From Candidatus Saccharimonadota bacterium (lineage in GTDB: Bacteria; Patescibacteriota; Gracilibacteria; UBA4473): DNA of 32,000 nt. Within the stretch, counting starts at the first letter, position 1; the number at the start of each line of letters is the position of its first letter. Position numbers and translations under genes: made by a program. Below are positions 7,044-14,954 of this stretch, piece by piece. Location: contig JAUIFI010000001.1 in NCBI GenBank assembly GCA_030429505.1, forward strand, positions 360,001 through 392,000. Reading direction: 5' to 3'. The notes beneath the pieces are model-generated. The model did not search any database. It saw only the letters and a list, made by a program, of their open reading frames with translations, and was not told the DNA's origin.

Positions 7044-8482
7044 CGAGACTCTCGAATACTCTTTTGTATTTGATGGGCGATACGAAGTACGCGCTCTTCT
7101 TTAAAAGCAGGTCCCAAAATTTGTGCCCCAATCGGTAAGCCAGCTTCTTCAGTTTTGCCGACAGGAACAGAAATACCACAAATCCCTGCCAAATTAGCAG
7201 AAGAAGTAAACATATCCTCTAAGTACATCTGAATCGGATCGAGAACTTCACCAATTCGAAAAGCTGGAGTGGGAGACACAGGTGACAACAAAGCATCTAC
7301 TTGAGTAAACACTTTATCAAAATCTTGTTTTATAAGAGTCCTCACTTTTTGTGCTTGTAAATAATATCCATCGACATGTCCGGTACTCAAGCAATATATA
7401 CCGACCATTATACGGCGTTTCACCTCATCATCAAAGCCCTTGTTTCGAGTCTCAAAATAAATATCATCTAACGCTTCTCCTTTTTTACCGCTTCCAAAAC
7501 GAATACCGTCATAGCGAGACATATTTGAAGAAATCTCTGAAGGCACAATAATGTAATAAGCTGGGATTGCGTACTTTATATGAGGGAGCGATACATCAAC
7601 TAAGGTTACACCTAAATCTTCCAAAATAGCTTTGCTCGATTGGATAATTTCTAGCACATCCTTATTAATATCATTTTCAAAATACTCCTTAGGAAGACCA
7701 ATTTTCATACCGGATAAATTTTGCTTAATCTCATTTACATAGTCTGGAACTGAATGGGGAGGTGTTGTTGAATCTTTGGAGTCCTGTCCTGCTATAGCTT
7801 GAAGTATCATAGCGCAATCCTGAGCTGTTTGAGCGATAGGCCCTACTGTGTCTAAGCTCGAAGCCATAGGTATAGTTCCCCAGCGAGACACCCGACCATA
7901 CGATACCTTAAGACCCGTCACTCCACAAAAGTGTGCTGGTTGGCGCAAGGATCCTCCAGTATCAGTTCCAATAGAACCTGCACAAAAATGAGCCGCTACC
8001 GCAGCTGCTGATCCTCCTGAACTTCCTCCAGCTACTCGTGTAATATCATGGGGATTTTTAGTAACCCCAAAAGCTGACGTCTGAGTCGAAGCCCCCATTG
8101 TAAATTCATCAGTATTTGTTTTTCCCAAAAGAACTACCCCCGCATCTTTCAGTTTTTTCCACACAGTCGCATCATAAGGCGACACAAAATCCTTTAGAAT
8201 ATTTGAACTTGCAGTTGTTCGTACTTCTTTAGTACAAACAACATCTTTAAGCGTCATGGGCATTCCATCTAACGGCGAAAGGAGACTATCATTGGCTCTA
8301 CGAGCATCACTGCTATCTGCCATTTCTCGAGCCAAGTCAAAAGTTTGAGTCACAAAACTATTAATCTCCTTGTCACGATTCTCAATCTCAGTGATAAAAG
8401 CATCCGTAATCTCACGGGAAGAAGCCTTTCCATCTCGGAAAAGTTCTGATAATTCAAAAAGAGATTTTGATACAAGGCTCAT
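7040..8482 (-). CDS. gatA: Asp/Glu-tRNA(Asn/Gln) amidotransferase subunit A
   Basis: 480 aa with the amidase signature GGSSGGSAAAVAA and GTDTGGSLRQPA. It lies directly downstream of gatC. Its stop overlaps the rplS stop (7040-7043) convergently. Confidence 0.95.
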   Translation of the reverse strand: MSLVSKSLFELSELFRDGKASSREITDAFITEIENRDKEINSFVTQTFDLAREMADSSDARRANDSLLSPLDGMPMTLKDVVCTKEVRTTASSNILKDFVSPYDATVWKKLKDAGVVLLGKTNTDEFTMGASTQTSAFGVTKNPHDITRVAGGSSGGSAAAVAAHFCAGSIGTDTGGSLRQPAHFCGVTGLKVSYGRVSRWGTIPMASSLDTVGPIAQTAQDCAMILQAIAGQDSKDSTTPPHSVPDYVNEIKQNLSGMKIGLPKEYFENDINKDVLEIIQSSKAILEDLGVTLVDVSLPHIKYAIPAYYIIVPSEISSNMSRYDGIRFGSGKKGEALDDIYFETRNKGFDDEVKRRIMVGIYCLSTGHVDGYYLQAQKVRTLIKQDFDKVFTQVDALLSPVSPTPAFRIGEVLDPIQMYLEDMFTSSANLAGICGISVPVGKTEEAGLPIGAQILGPAFKEERVLRIAHQIQKSIRESR

Positions 8483-8494
8483 GAAAACAGGTAT

Positions 8495-8782
8495 TTATAA
8501 AATCTTGGGAATTTTCAAGGAATTATTTTCAATTGAAAAAACAGAACACTCCAAGAGCTCTGCTTCTTTTCCAGAGACTTCAATCTCATCATTCCTCATT
8601 ACATTTTGTAATCCCGTCACTTGAAAAGTAGGTTGAACTGATTTGGTATCAACCTCTTGAAGTTGACCTACAAACTCCAAAATACGAGAAATATCATGTG
8701 TAAATTTTTCTACTTCTTTTTCATCTCCTAAATGCAGTTTCGCAAGCTTGGCTAGATGTTTGAGTTCTGTTTTAGTAACCAT
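8495..8782 (-). CDS. gatC: Asp/Glu-tRNA(Asn/Gln) amidotransferase subunit C
   Basis: The internal ATG at 8782 gives MVTKTELKHLAKLAKLHLGDEKEVEKFTHDISRILEFVGQLQEVDT..., typical of GatC. The 11 upstream codons in the track ORF look like non-coding read-through. Confidence 0.85.
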   Translation of the reverse strand: MVTKTELKHLAKLAKLHLGDEKEVEKFTHDISRILEFVGQLQEVDTKSVQPTFQVTGLQNVMRNDEIEVSGKEAELLECSVFSIENNSLKIPKIL

Positions 8783-8804
8783 CACAAAAGTAAAATATAC
8801 ACCC

Positions 8805-8832
8805 AGTATAAACACCCTTTATAAAATTCCAA
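8805..8832 (-). promoter_or_regulatory. Candidate gatCA promoter (TTGGAA-N16-TATACT on the minus strand)
   Basis: Reverse complement of 8827-8832 is TTGGAA and of 8805-8810 is TATACT. The -10 ends about 22 nt upstream of the gatC ATG. Confidence 0.4.
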
Positions 8833-8957
8833 ACAAAACAAAAACCCTTGACTTATAATGAAAATTAAATTAAGAAATGCACAAGTTCTCTAGCAACGTA
8901 CCGCATACGATGCGAAGAGAAATACTTAGTTCTTTTTCAAAATCAACTGGAGCTTGT

Positions 8958-9140
8958 ATGGGTAACATGTATGAACCAACTACACAAATAGTTAAAACAG
9001 GAAGTACGTATATCCTGGCAATCGATTTAAGAGGTGTAAGGAATCTGTCTGAAGCACTTGACTTGCAAAAAAAAAGAGACGGAATTCCTTTTAGCCCCGT
9101 GGCTATAAACATCTTACAGAAAAGGGGAATTATCCTCTAA
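8958..9140 (+). CDS. Hypothetical small protein (60 aa)
   Basis: GGAG at 8949-8952 lies 5 nt upstream of the ATG at 8958. Product: MGNMYEPTTQIVKTGSTYILAIDLRGVRNLSEALDLQKKRDGIPFSPVAINILQKRGIIL. The opposite-strand ORF 8870..9112 has a Cys/Ser/Leu-rich, implausible composition. No family recognised. Confidence 0.4.
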   Translation: MGNMYEPTTQIVKTGSTYILAIDLRGVRNLSEALDLQKKRDGIPFSPVAINILQKRGIIL

Positions 9141-9207
9141 TCAACCAAGAACCTCAGGTTCTTAATAGTCTAACTTTTTACTCATCCCTTTTTGAGAAAT
9201 CCCAAAT

Positions 9208-9543
9208 ATGAACGACAACGCTTCAACCCATGCAATGTCAACTTCAATCCAATCTAAAATTGAAACCCTTAAATTGAAAATACGCAATTCTCGAACTCCT
9301 TACGATATAAGTCTAAGGGAATGTAAAGAACTCATTCCCTCAGATATAGACGCAAGAGAAAAACGCAGAATTGCCAAGGAGCTATCAACTATTTTTAGTG
9401 GAGTTCAACCAAGAATTGACTACCGTCTTAGTAGACAGGCTGTACTCTATTTAAGAAGAGTGGGGCTGGTAGGTCCAAACACCAAATGGCATTATGATGA
9501 AACACTCGCCATTGATACCAAGGGACATCTCATATCCAAGTAA
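9208..9543 (+). CDS. Hypothetical protein (111 aa)
   Basis: ATG-initiated ORF co-oriented with 8958..9140 and followed by a strong terminator. No family recognised. Confidence 0.5.
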   Translation: MNDNASTHAMSTSIQSKIETLKLKIRNSRTPYDISLRECKELIPSDIDAREKRRIAKELSTIFSGVQPRIDYRLSRQAVLYLRRVGLVGPNTKWHYDETLAIDTKGHLISK

Positions 9544-9578
9544 TCCAGTCCACACTTAATTTTAAAAAGAACATATTC

Positions 9579-9626
9579 GCTCGACAGTTATTTATATAAT
9601 TAAAGATCTGTCGAGCATTTTTTTTT
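9579..9626 (+). terminator. Intrinsic terminator
   Basis: Perfect 9-bp stem GCTCGACAG / CTGTCGAGC (9579-9587 and 9608-9616), followed after one A by a run of nine T (9618-9626). Confidence 0.8.
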
Positions 9627-9654
9627 CTCAAAACATTAGTACACTAGGCTTCGT

Positions 9655-10050
9655 ATGAAATTCTCCAAACTCTTTGTCGCGGGAACCTTTGATAATTTTC
9701 ATATCGGACATCAGTTTTTTCTCTGGAATGCAAGCTCTATCTGTAAACGATTAATTATCATTATCTCCAGAGATATCAATGCTGAACGGATAAAAGGGAG
9801 AAAACCAAAACGGAAAGAAAACCTAAGACTAGAACGAATTCAAAAAGAAAATATTCCCAATGCTACTATTCGGCTGGGACGGTTAGATGGAGATTTTTTC
9901 CAAACCCTTCGAGAAGAAGCTCCTGATGCACTTCTTTTGGGATATGACCAAAAAGTAAAGAAAGATGCCTTCCAAAAACATTTTCCAAACCTTCACATTA
10001 TGAGAGCAGAGGCTTATTTTCCCGAATACTTCAAAAGTTCAAAATTTTAG
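9655..10050 (+). CDS. Cytidylyltransferase-family nucleotidyltransferase (HxGH motif), phosphopantetheine-adenylyltransferase-like
   Basis: The N-terminus FVAGTFDNFHIGHQFFL is the (T/H)xGH nucleotidyltransferase signature. The size (131 aa) fits archaeal-type PPAT-like or RibL-like enzymes. The exact substrate cannot be called. Confidence 0.6.
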   Translation: MKFSKLFVAGTFDNFHIGHQFFLWNASSICKRLIIIISRDINAERIKGRKPKRKENLRLERIQKENIPNATIRLGRLDGDFFQTLREEAPDALLLGYDQKVKKDAFQKHFPNLHIMRAEAYFPEYFKSSKF

Positions 10051-10063
10051 ATACACTAAAGAC

Positions 10064-10909
10064 ATGGGAAAATGGTCGTATTTACTCAAAAGATCCTTTC
10101 GTGAAGGCTCTATACAAGTCTGGCGCAATAAATTCCTCTCTCTCACAACTATTTTACTCGGAGGTCTCATTGTATTTCTCCTAAATTTTGTGTTTGCTAT
10201 TGAATTTTATGCCGATTATTCCTTGAAGAACCTTGAATCAAGAGCAGATTTTGTAGTACCACTAGAAAATAATTTCGATGCCTTTGAGCTCGACGCATTG
10301 CAAAATGAACTGACTGCTTTTGATCTCACCACAGAGATCCGAGAACAAACAGAAATGGAAGGTATTACTATTCCTCCTAGACTTAATATCCAGTTTCACA
10401 AACTCGATGAAATCAACAAAGCTTTTGAAGTACTCAAGAAAGTACGTTACGCATCTGTCATCGGTACTTGGGACAAAAGGGGAGAACGAGATTTTGTCCA
10501 AGTCATCGATACCCTCCTCAAATTTAGAAAAGGAGTTGAGACGACGAGTTTTTGGCTCATTATTCTTTTTTTGGGGGGAGGAGTTTTACTTATGATCAAT
10601 ACTTTTCGTATTATTCTTTTCAACAGAAAAAATGAAATATTCATTGCGAGACTTGTCGGCGCAGATATCAAATTTATCCAATTACCATTTTTGATCGAAG
10701 GCTTATTACTCGGAGCCGCTTCAAGTATTATAGGCATACTGACTTTTACCTTTATTCTCCGCGAGATAACCTTTCTGCCTGGAGGCGTTATATTTCTTCA
10801 TTTTTGGAATACCATTTTTTCCTATGAAGTACTCTTGACGATTTTAGTTGGTATGGCAGGTGCTTGGATCGCTGCCCGAAAATATATGACTGGAAAATTC
10901 TCTCAATGA
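10064..10909 (+). CDS. ftsX: Cell-division ABC-transporter permease FtsX-like
   Basis: 281 aa with N-terminus LKRSFREGSIQVWRNKFLSLTTILLGGLIVFLL. There is one N-terminal TM, a periplasmic domain and three C-terminal TMs, as in FtsX. No ftsE is adjacent. Confidence 0.8.
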   Translation: MGKWSYLLKRSFREGSIQVWRNKFLSLTTILLGGLIVFLLNFVFAIEFYADYSLKNLESRADFVVPLENNFDAFELDALQNELTAFDLTTEIREQTEMEGITIPPRLNIQFHKLDEINKAFEVLKKVRYASVIGTWDKRGERDFVQVIDTLLKFRKGVETTSFWLIILFLGGGVLLMINTFRIILFNRKNEIFIARLVGADIKFIQLPFLIEGLLLGAASSIIGILTFTFILREITFLPGGVIFLHFWNTIFSYEVLLTILVGMAGAWIAARKYMTGKFSQ

Positions 10910-11571
10910 GCTATATTAAAACTCACGGAATTTTACTCAAGCAAACCTTACTTGCAAACGATGATGCTTTTTTAGAGTTCTTTACTCTAGAATTTGGAAA
11001 AATAGTAGTAAGTGTCAAAAAATTCAGTCGATCAATAAAAAAAAAGCGAGAAATAGACTTTTTTCGTTTACTAGAATTTGAAATATTCCAAGGAAGAAAT
11101 ACAAAATCTCTGAAAAATATCCAAACCATATCCATATACAATGTTTTTAGCAAAGATATTGATCTCAATACAATTGGTTTTGAATGGATAAGTCGTCTTC
11201 ATAAAATTCTTCCAGAAGAAAAACCATTTTCCAATCTTTTTCAAATAATTATTCAACTGTGGACACATGTGCAAGAAGCAGATCTTATAAAAATAGATGC
11301 CTTTTTTCGGATAAAAATACTCACATATTCAGGAACATTCCCTCGTTTTGACCAAATAAGAAACGCTGGATTTTTTTCTCCAGAAAATTTCATATTTCAA
11401 GACAAACCTTTTCCATCAAGTCATCCTCTCTCCAATGAAGTGAGACAAGTCATAGAATTTTTACGCCGAAGTAATACAGAAGAATTTCTTCAGAAGGCAG
11501 ACAAACTTCCAAAAAATAATTTTCAAGAAATAGAAAACATTCTGAATGAAATAGAAAATTTTCATCAATAA
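10906..11571 (+). CDS. recO: DNA repair protein RecO
   Basis: The ATG at 10906 overlaps the ftsX stop (ATGA). MSYIKTHGILLKQTLLANDDAFLEFFTLEFGKIVVSVKKFSRS... has the RecO N-terminal OB-fold pattern. The track ORF start at 10864 lies inside ftsX. Confidence 0.75.
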   Translation: MSYIKTHGILLKQTLLANDDAFLEFFTLEFGKIVVSVKKFSRSIKKKREIDFFRLLEFEIFQGRNTKSLKNIQTISIYNVFSKDIDLNTIGFEWISRLHKILPEEKPFSNLFQIIIQLWTHVQEADLIKIDAFFRIKILTYSGTFPRFDQIRNAGFFSPENFIFQDKPFPSSHPLSNEVRQVIEFLRRSNTEEFLQKADKLPKNNFQEIENILNEIENFHQ

Positions 11572-11631
11572 AACATATTTCTAATACACATCGACTAAAA
11601 AAAATTGACGTTTTTATCAAAAAGAGAAAAA

Positions 11632-12189
11632 ATGACAAAGAAAATAATAAACATACACATGAAAAAAAGAGTGTTAATGACGCTAGTTGTTTTTCTATCA
11701 GGTATCGCATCCGTATCCGCAGCTTCTGTTATTGATTTTAGCGTGGTCAATATCTCCAAAGAAAATCAAGACGCAGAAATTACCGGAGCACATCCAGGAG
11801 ATGTATTAAGATACGAACTTATTGTAGAGTCCGACAATGAAAGTGTACTAGACTTTATTCCACGAGTCGACGTTAGCGACGTAAAACAAAAAGCAAAGCT
11901 TATCGATATCGGACTTGGACTCGATGAAGGGAACGAACTCACATATCCTTCATTTACGAGAGATGCTCCATATTCAGAAGAATTCACCTTTTTTGCTCGA
12001 GTCAACGAAAAATGTCCACCACCAGAACAGCAAACTATTGAAGCTGAAGCACACGGAGAAATGACGAATGTTGCTATTCTTTGTGGACTAGCTCCTACTG
12101 GAGCTGATTATCAAAATATTCTTTTTGTCATACTAGGGGCATTTGCCATCTTCCTAGTGACAAAGTGGACACAAAAAAGACAAGCCTGA
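11632..12189 (+). CDS. Secreted surface protein with an LPXTG-like (LAPTG) sorting signal
   Basis: Signal peptide MKKRVLMTLVVFLSGIASVSAAS (alternative start 11659). The C-terminus is LAPTG, then the hydrophobic stretch ADYQNILFVILGAFAIFLV, then the basic tail KWTQKRQA. This is the classic tripartite sortase signal. Confidence 0.7.
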   Translation: MTKKIINIHMKKRVLMTLVVFLSGIASVSAASVIDFSVVNISKENQDAEITGAHPGDVLRYELIVESDNESVLDFIPRVDVSDVKQKAKLIDIGLGLDEGNELTYPSFTRDAPYSEEFTFFARVNEKCPPPEQQTIEAEAHGEMTNVAILCGLAPTGADYQNILFVILGAFAIFLVTKWTQKRQA

Positions 12190-12267
12190 AAAAACACAAT
12201 AGTAAGAACACATACATTCCTGAAACTCAAAAACAATAACAATAAATATCGTGTTTGAATATCACTA

Positions 12268-12504
12268 TTAAGCTTTATCAGGCTTATCGTAACGAACCGT
12301 TGGCAAAAGACCCATAATCCGAGCTTTTTTGATAGCAGACGCAAGCTGTTTTTGCATTTTGAGAGAGACTCCTGTATGAAAACGGCTTTGAATCGATCTA
12401 TAATAAGTAATGTATTGACTTAAAAGCTTCGGGTCTTTGTAGTCAATGTAAGTAATACCTGATCGGGCAAAAGGACAAATGTATTTTTTGGGTCGTGGAG
12501 GCAT
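12268..12504 (-). CDS. rpsR: 30S ribosomal protein S18
   Basis: 78 aa; YIDYKDPKLLSQYIT....I..R..TGVSLKMQKQLASAIKKARIMGLLP is the S18 signature. Confidence 0.93.
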   Translation of the reverse strand: MPPRPKKYICPFARSGITYIDYKDPKLLSQYITYYRSIQSRFHTGVSLKMQKQLASAIKKARIMGLLPTVRYDKPDKA

Positions 12505-12518
12505 GGTGTAATAAAAAA

Positions 12519-13073
12519 TTAGAGATCAATAGAAGAATCCTCAAGGATTTTATCGAGCTTCTTATCCAAATCATCTTTTTTGGGCGTAGCTACTTTTTTA
12601 GTGCTTTTCTTTTCTGATGATTTCACTTCTTCATCATTTTTTTCTACCGAAGGCTTTGAAGCAGTAGAAATTTTTCGTTTTGGCTTTTGATCGATTTCTG
12701 CAATCTTTCTTTCCTTTTCTAATGCTTCCCACTCTTTTTTTACATCTGCGTATTTACGAGGAACAGGTGCTTTTTTATCAACCTTCGTTACCAAAAATCG
12801 AACGATATGTTTATCGATATTAAGCTCTTTTTTTAATTCCTGAAGTGCTGCAGGAGACAAAGTAAATTGAAGCACAACGTAGTATCCCCACGTTTGTTTT
12901 TTAATAATGTAAGCAAATCCTCGAGCCCCCCAAAAATCCTCAAAAGTAACCTCCCCCTTTAAAGCTTTTATACGCTTAACGAGAGAATCCTGAGCTTGCT
13001 TTTCTGCGGCTTTCTCATCGAGAGAATTATCGATGATAGCCATGATTTCATATTTGGTTGTTTGTTCTGACAT
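12519..13073 (-). CDS. rpsF: 30S ribosomal protein S6 with a K/E-rich C-terminal extension of about 85 aa
   Basis: The N-terminal ~100 aa (YEIMAIIDNSL...FEDFWGARGFAYIIKKQTWGYYVVLQF...IVRFLVTK) match S6. It lies directly upstream of rpsR with no ssb between them. Confidence 0.9.
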   Translation of the reverse strand: MSEQTTKYEIMAIIDNSLDEKAAEKQAQDSLVKRIKALKGEVTFEDFWGARGFAYIIKKQTWGYYVVLQFTLSPAALQELKKELNIDKHIVRFLVTKVDKKAPVPRKYADVKKEWEALEKERKIAEIDQKPKRKISTASKPSVEKNDEEVKSSEKKSTKKVATPKKDDLDKKLDKILEDSSIDL

Positions 13074-13131
13074 GCTTTCTGGACGGTTAAGAAGAAATTC
13101 TTCCGGCGTCTCCCATCAGGAGAGGCAAAGC
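13074..13131 (-). promoter_or_regulatory. Structured rpsF 5' leader (two hairpins), candidate S6:S18 autoregulatory element
   Basis: In the minus sense: GCCUCUCC-UGAUG-GGAGACGC (13126-13106, 7 pairs and one mismatch), then GAAGA-AUU-UCUUC (13103-13091), then the AUG. The GC content is well above that of neighbouring spacers. Confidence 0.4.
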
Positions 13132-13137
13132 CACGCT

Positions 13138-13165
13138 ACTCTACATATCTACTGAAATTTGGCAA
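13138..13165 (-). promoter_or_regulatory. Candidate rpsF-rpsR promoter (TTGCCA-N16-TAGAGT on the minus strand)
   Basis: Reverse complement of 13160-13165 is TTGCCA and of 13138-13143 is TAGAGT. Confidence 0.5.
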
Positions 13166-13187
13166 ATGTTTTTTAGCATACTAGACA
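13159..13187 (+). promoter_or_regulatory. Candidate truB promoter (TTGGCA-N17-TAGACA)
   Basis: The -35 at 13159-13164 shares the palindrome TTGGCAA with the divergent rpsF -35. The -10-like element is at 13182-13187. Confidence 0.35.
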
Positions 13188-13218
13188 ATAAAAACAGACT
13201 CCATTATAAAAACCTGAG

Positions 13219-14073
13219 ATGAATAATGATGGATTTTGGCTGATCAACAAAGAAGTTGGATGGACGAGTTTTGATATCTGCGCCAAGTTACGAAAAAAAT
13301 TAAATATCAAAAAAGTTGGGCATACTGGCACTCTTGATCCCTTTGCAACAGGATTACTCGTAGTAGCAACCGGAAAATGTACGAAACTCATTCCGTTCCT
13401 TGAAAAATCTCCTAAGACCTACGTAACTAAAATCTTCTTAGGAAAAACCTCAGAGACACTAGATCCCGAATCCGAAATAATTTCCTGTCATTCTGATTCA
13501 AAGTCTCTAAAAATACCATCAAAAAAAGAAATAGAACAAGTACTCAAAGAAAAATTTACCGGAAAAATCCAACAAATACCTCCCAAATACTCTGCATTAA
13601 AAGTAAACGGAAAACCAATGTATAAACTAGCCAGAGAAGGGAAAGAAATTGAAATAAAACCTCGAAAAACAGAAATTTTTAAAATACAAATCCTATCCTA
13701 TAAATTCCCAGAACTAAAAATAGAGTTAAAAGTCTCAGCTGGATTTTACGTTCGAAGTCTGGCACGAGACTTAGGGAAAACTTTAGCGGGTTGTGGTATG
13801 TGCTTGGAACTTCAACGAACCAAAGTAGGAGAGTTGTCTATCCAAAATGCCGAAAAAATAGGTCATACCACTCAACCCATAGATCCTCGATACATACTAA
13901 CTCACCTAGAACATCGTGAAATACCAACGGGCAGAGTTCAAGACTTCATTTCTGGTCGAGCCTTTCCTTTATCTGGAAGAGCAGGGGAGTCGATCTTGGT
14001 TTTATGTGGAAATAAAACGTGTGGCATCGGAGAAATCATTCACGGAAACTTACAACCAAGAGTTGTACTCTAA
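13219..14073 (+). CDS. truB: tRNA pseudouridine(55) synthase TruB
   Basis: GFWLINKEVGWTSFDICAKLRKKLNIKKVGHTGTLDPFATGLLVVATGKCTKL contains the catalytic GHxGTLDP motif. Confidence 0.93.
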   Translation: MNNDGFWLINKEVGWTSFDICAKLRKKLNIKKVGHTGTLDPFATGLLVVATGKCTKLIPFLEKSPKTYVTKIFLGKTSETLDPESEIISCHSDSKSLKIPSKKEIEQVLKEKFTGKIQQIPPKYSALKVNGKPMYKLAREGKEIEIKPRKTEIFKIQILSYKFPELKIELKVSAGFYVRSLARDLGKTLAGCGMCLELQRTKVGELSIQNAEKIGHTTQPIDPRYILTHLEHREIPTGRVQDFISGRAFPLSGRAGESILVLCGNKTCGIGEIIHGNLQPRVVL

Positions 14074-14142
14074 GACACTAAAAAAACATATAATTTACCA
14101 AACACATATTTTTTTAAATACAATTAATTCTCCATACAATAT

Positions 14143-14170
14143 TTGACATATTTACTTTTAGTTTTATAAA
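14143..14170 (+). promoter_or_regulatory. Promoter TTGACA-N16-TATAAA
   Basis: Consensus -35 at 14143-14148 and -10 at 14165-14170. It lies about 95 nt upstream of the 14267 ATG. Confidence 0.6.
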
Positions 14171-14266
14171 AAAAGTGTCTTCAACTGAAGTTTATGATTT
14201 CATATAGAAAGAGTTTACTTCTCTGTCGACAGGGAAAAAAGCTCTTTAAAAAACAATGGAGAAAGT

Positions 14267-14812
14267 ATGGATTTTCTACAATGGCTTATAGCTGCATATT
14301 TTATGATAGCTATCATTAGCGGCGTTATTGCTTTTTTTTCTGATGTATTTAAGAGAGAACGAGCAAGTTTGCTAACCTGTATTGCCTTTGGCTATTTAGG
14401 GATATCTTCGTATTTGCAATACATGACAAGCTTTTCAGACTCCATTGGCATAATACTGACTAGCATAAAAATGGCGATTCTCTTAAGTCTTATCATAATC
14501 GCATTTATTTTGGGAACACTGAAATTATTTCACCTAAAAGAATATAATATTTACATTACAACTTTTGTTTTTGCAGCAATGTGCGTATTCATAACTATGT
14601 TTGCTAACTTTGATTTACCACAAAAAGCAATAGGAGGGTTGTTGGTTTTAATGGTTCCAATATTTTTTTCAATATTACCTAACTGGATATATTCCAAGGG
14701 GGAGGGACCTCAAAAAGGTTATAGTATCAAAATAAAAAGAGATATACTTTTATTTATCCTCATTATTTTTGTGGAGTTTTTAACTGTTTTATTGTCGCCT
14801 GTTTTTATGTAG
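14267..14812 (+). CDS. Hypothetical integral membrane protein (about 6 TM)
   Basis: 181 aa, almost entirely hydrophobic helices. GGAG lies 5 nt upstream of the ATG. It has its own promoter and terminator. No family recognised. Confidence 0.65.
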   Translation: MDFLQWLIAAYFMIAIISGVIAFFSDVFKRERASLLTCIAFGYLGISSYLQYMTSFSDSIGIILTSIKMAILLSLIIIAFILGTLKLFHLKEYNIYITTFVFAAMCVFITMFANFDLPQKAIGGLLVLMVPIFFSILPNWIYSKGEGPQKGYSIKIKRDILLFILIIFVEFLTVLLSPVFM

Positions 14813-14827
14813 TCTTTTTTCTAAAAA

Positions 14828-14864
14828 ACTTGGTATCTAGATATCTGATATCAAGTTTTTTTTT
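14828..14864. terminator. Bidirectional intrinsic terminator between convergent genes
   Basis: Stem ACTTGGTATC / GATATCAAGT (10 bp, one G-U pair). It is flanked by A6 on the left and T9 on the right, so it reads as hairpin plus U-run on both strands. Confidence 0.75.
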
Positions 14865-14954
14865 ATCTCTTGTCTCCCTCCATGATAATCACAAATAAAA
14901 ATCTCAGATTAAACAAACAAAACTTTCTGATTGTTGCATCTCTATTTTTTTACT

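Noticed and set aside
8870-9112. Minus-strand 80-aa ORF
   Set aside because: Cys/Ser/Leu/Phe-rich composition, with no SD or promoter context. It is the antisense shadow of the better-supported plus-strand ORF.
8816-9207. A 390-bp gap open in both strands. Considered tmRNA, RNase P RNA, SRP RNA or a T-box.
   Set aside because: I could not find any hallmark motif: no GGAAAGUCC-type RNase P core, no tRNA-like T-arm plus CCA end or tag reading frame for tmRNA, no SRP GGAA-tetraloop helix, and no T-box GGUGGNACCGCG. A plus-strand ORF with a good SD explains the open frame better. An Infernal scan is still needed.
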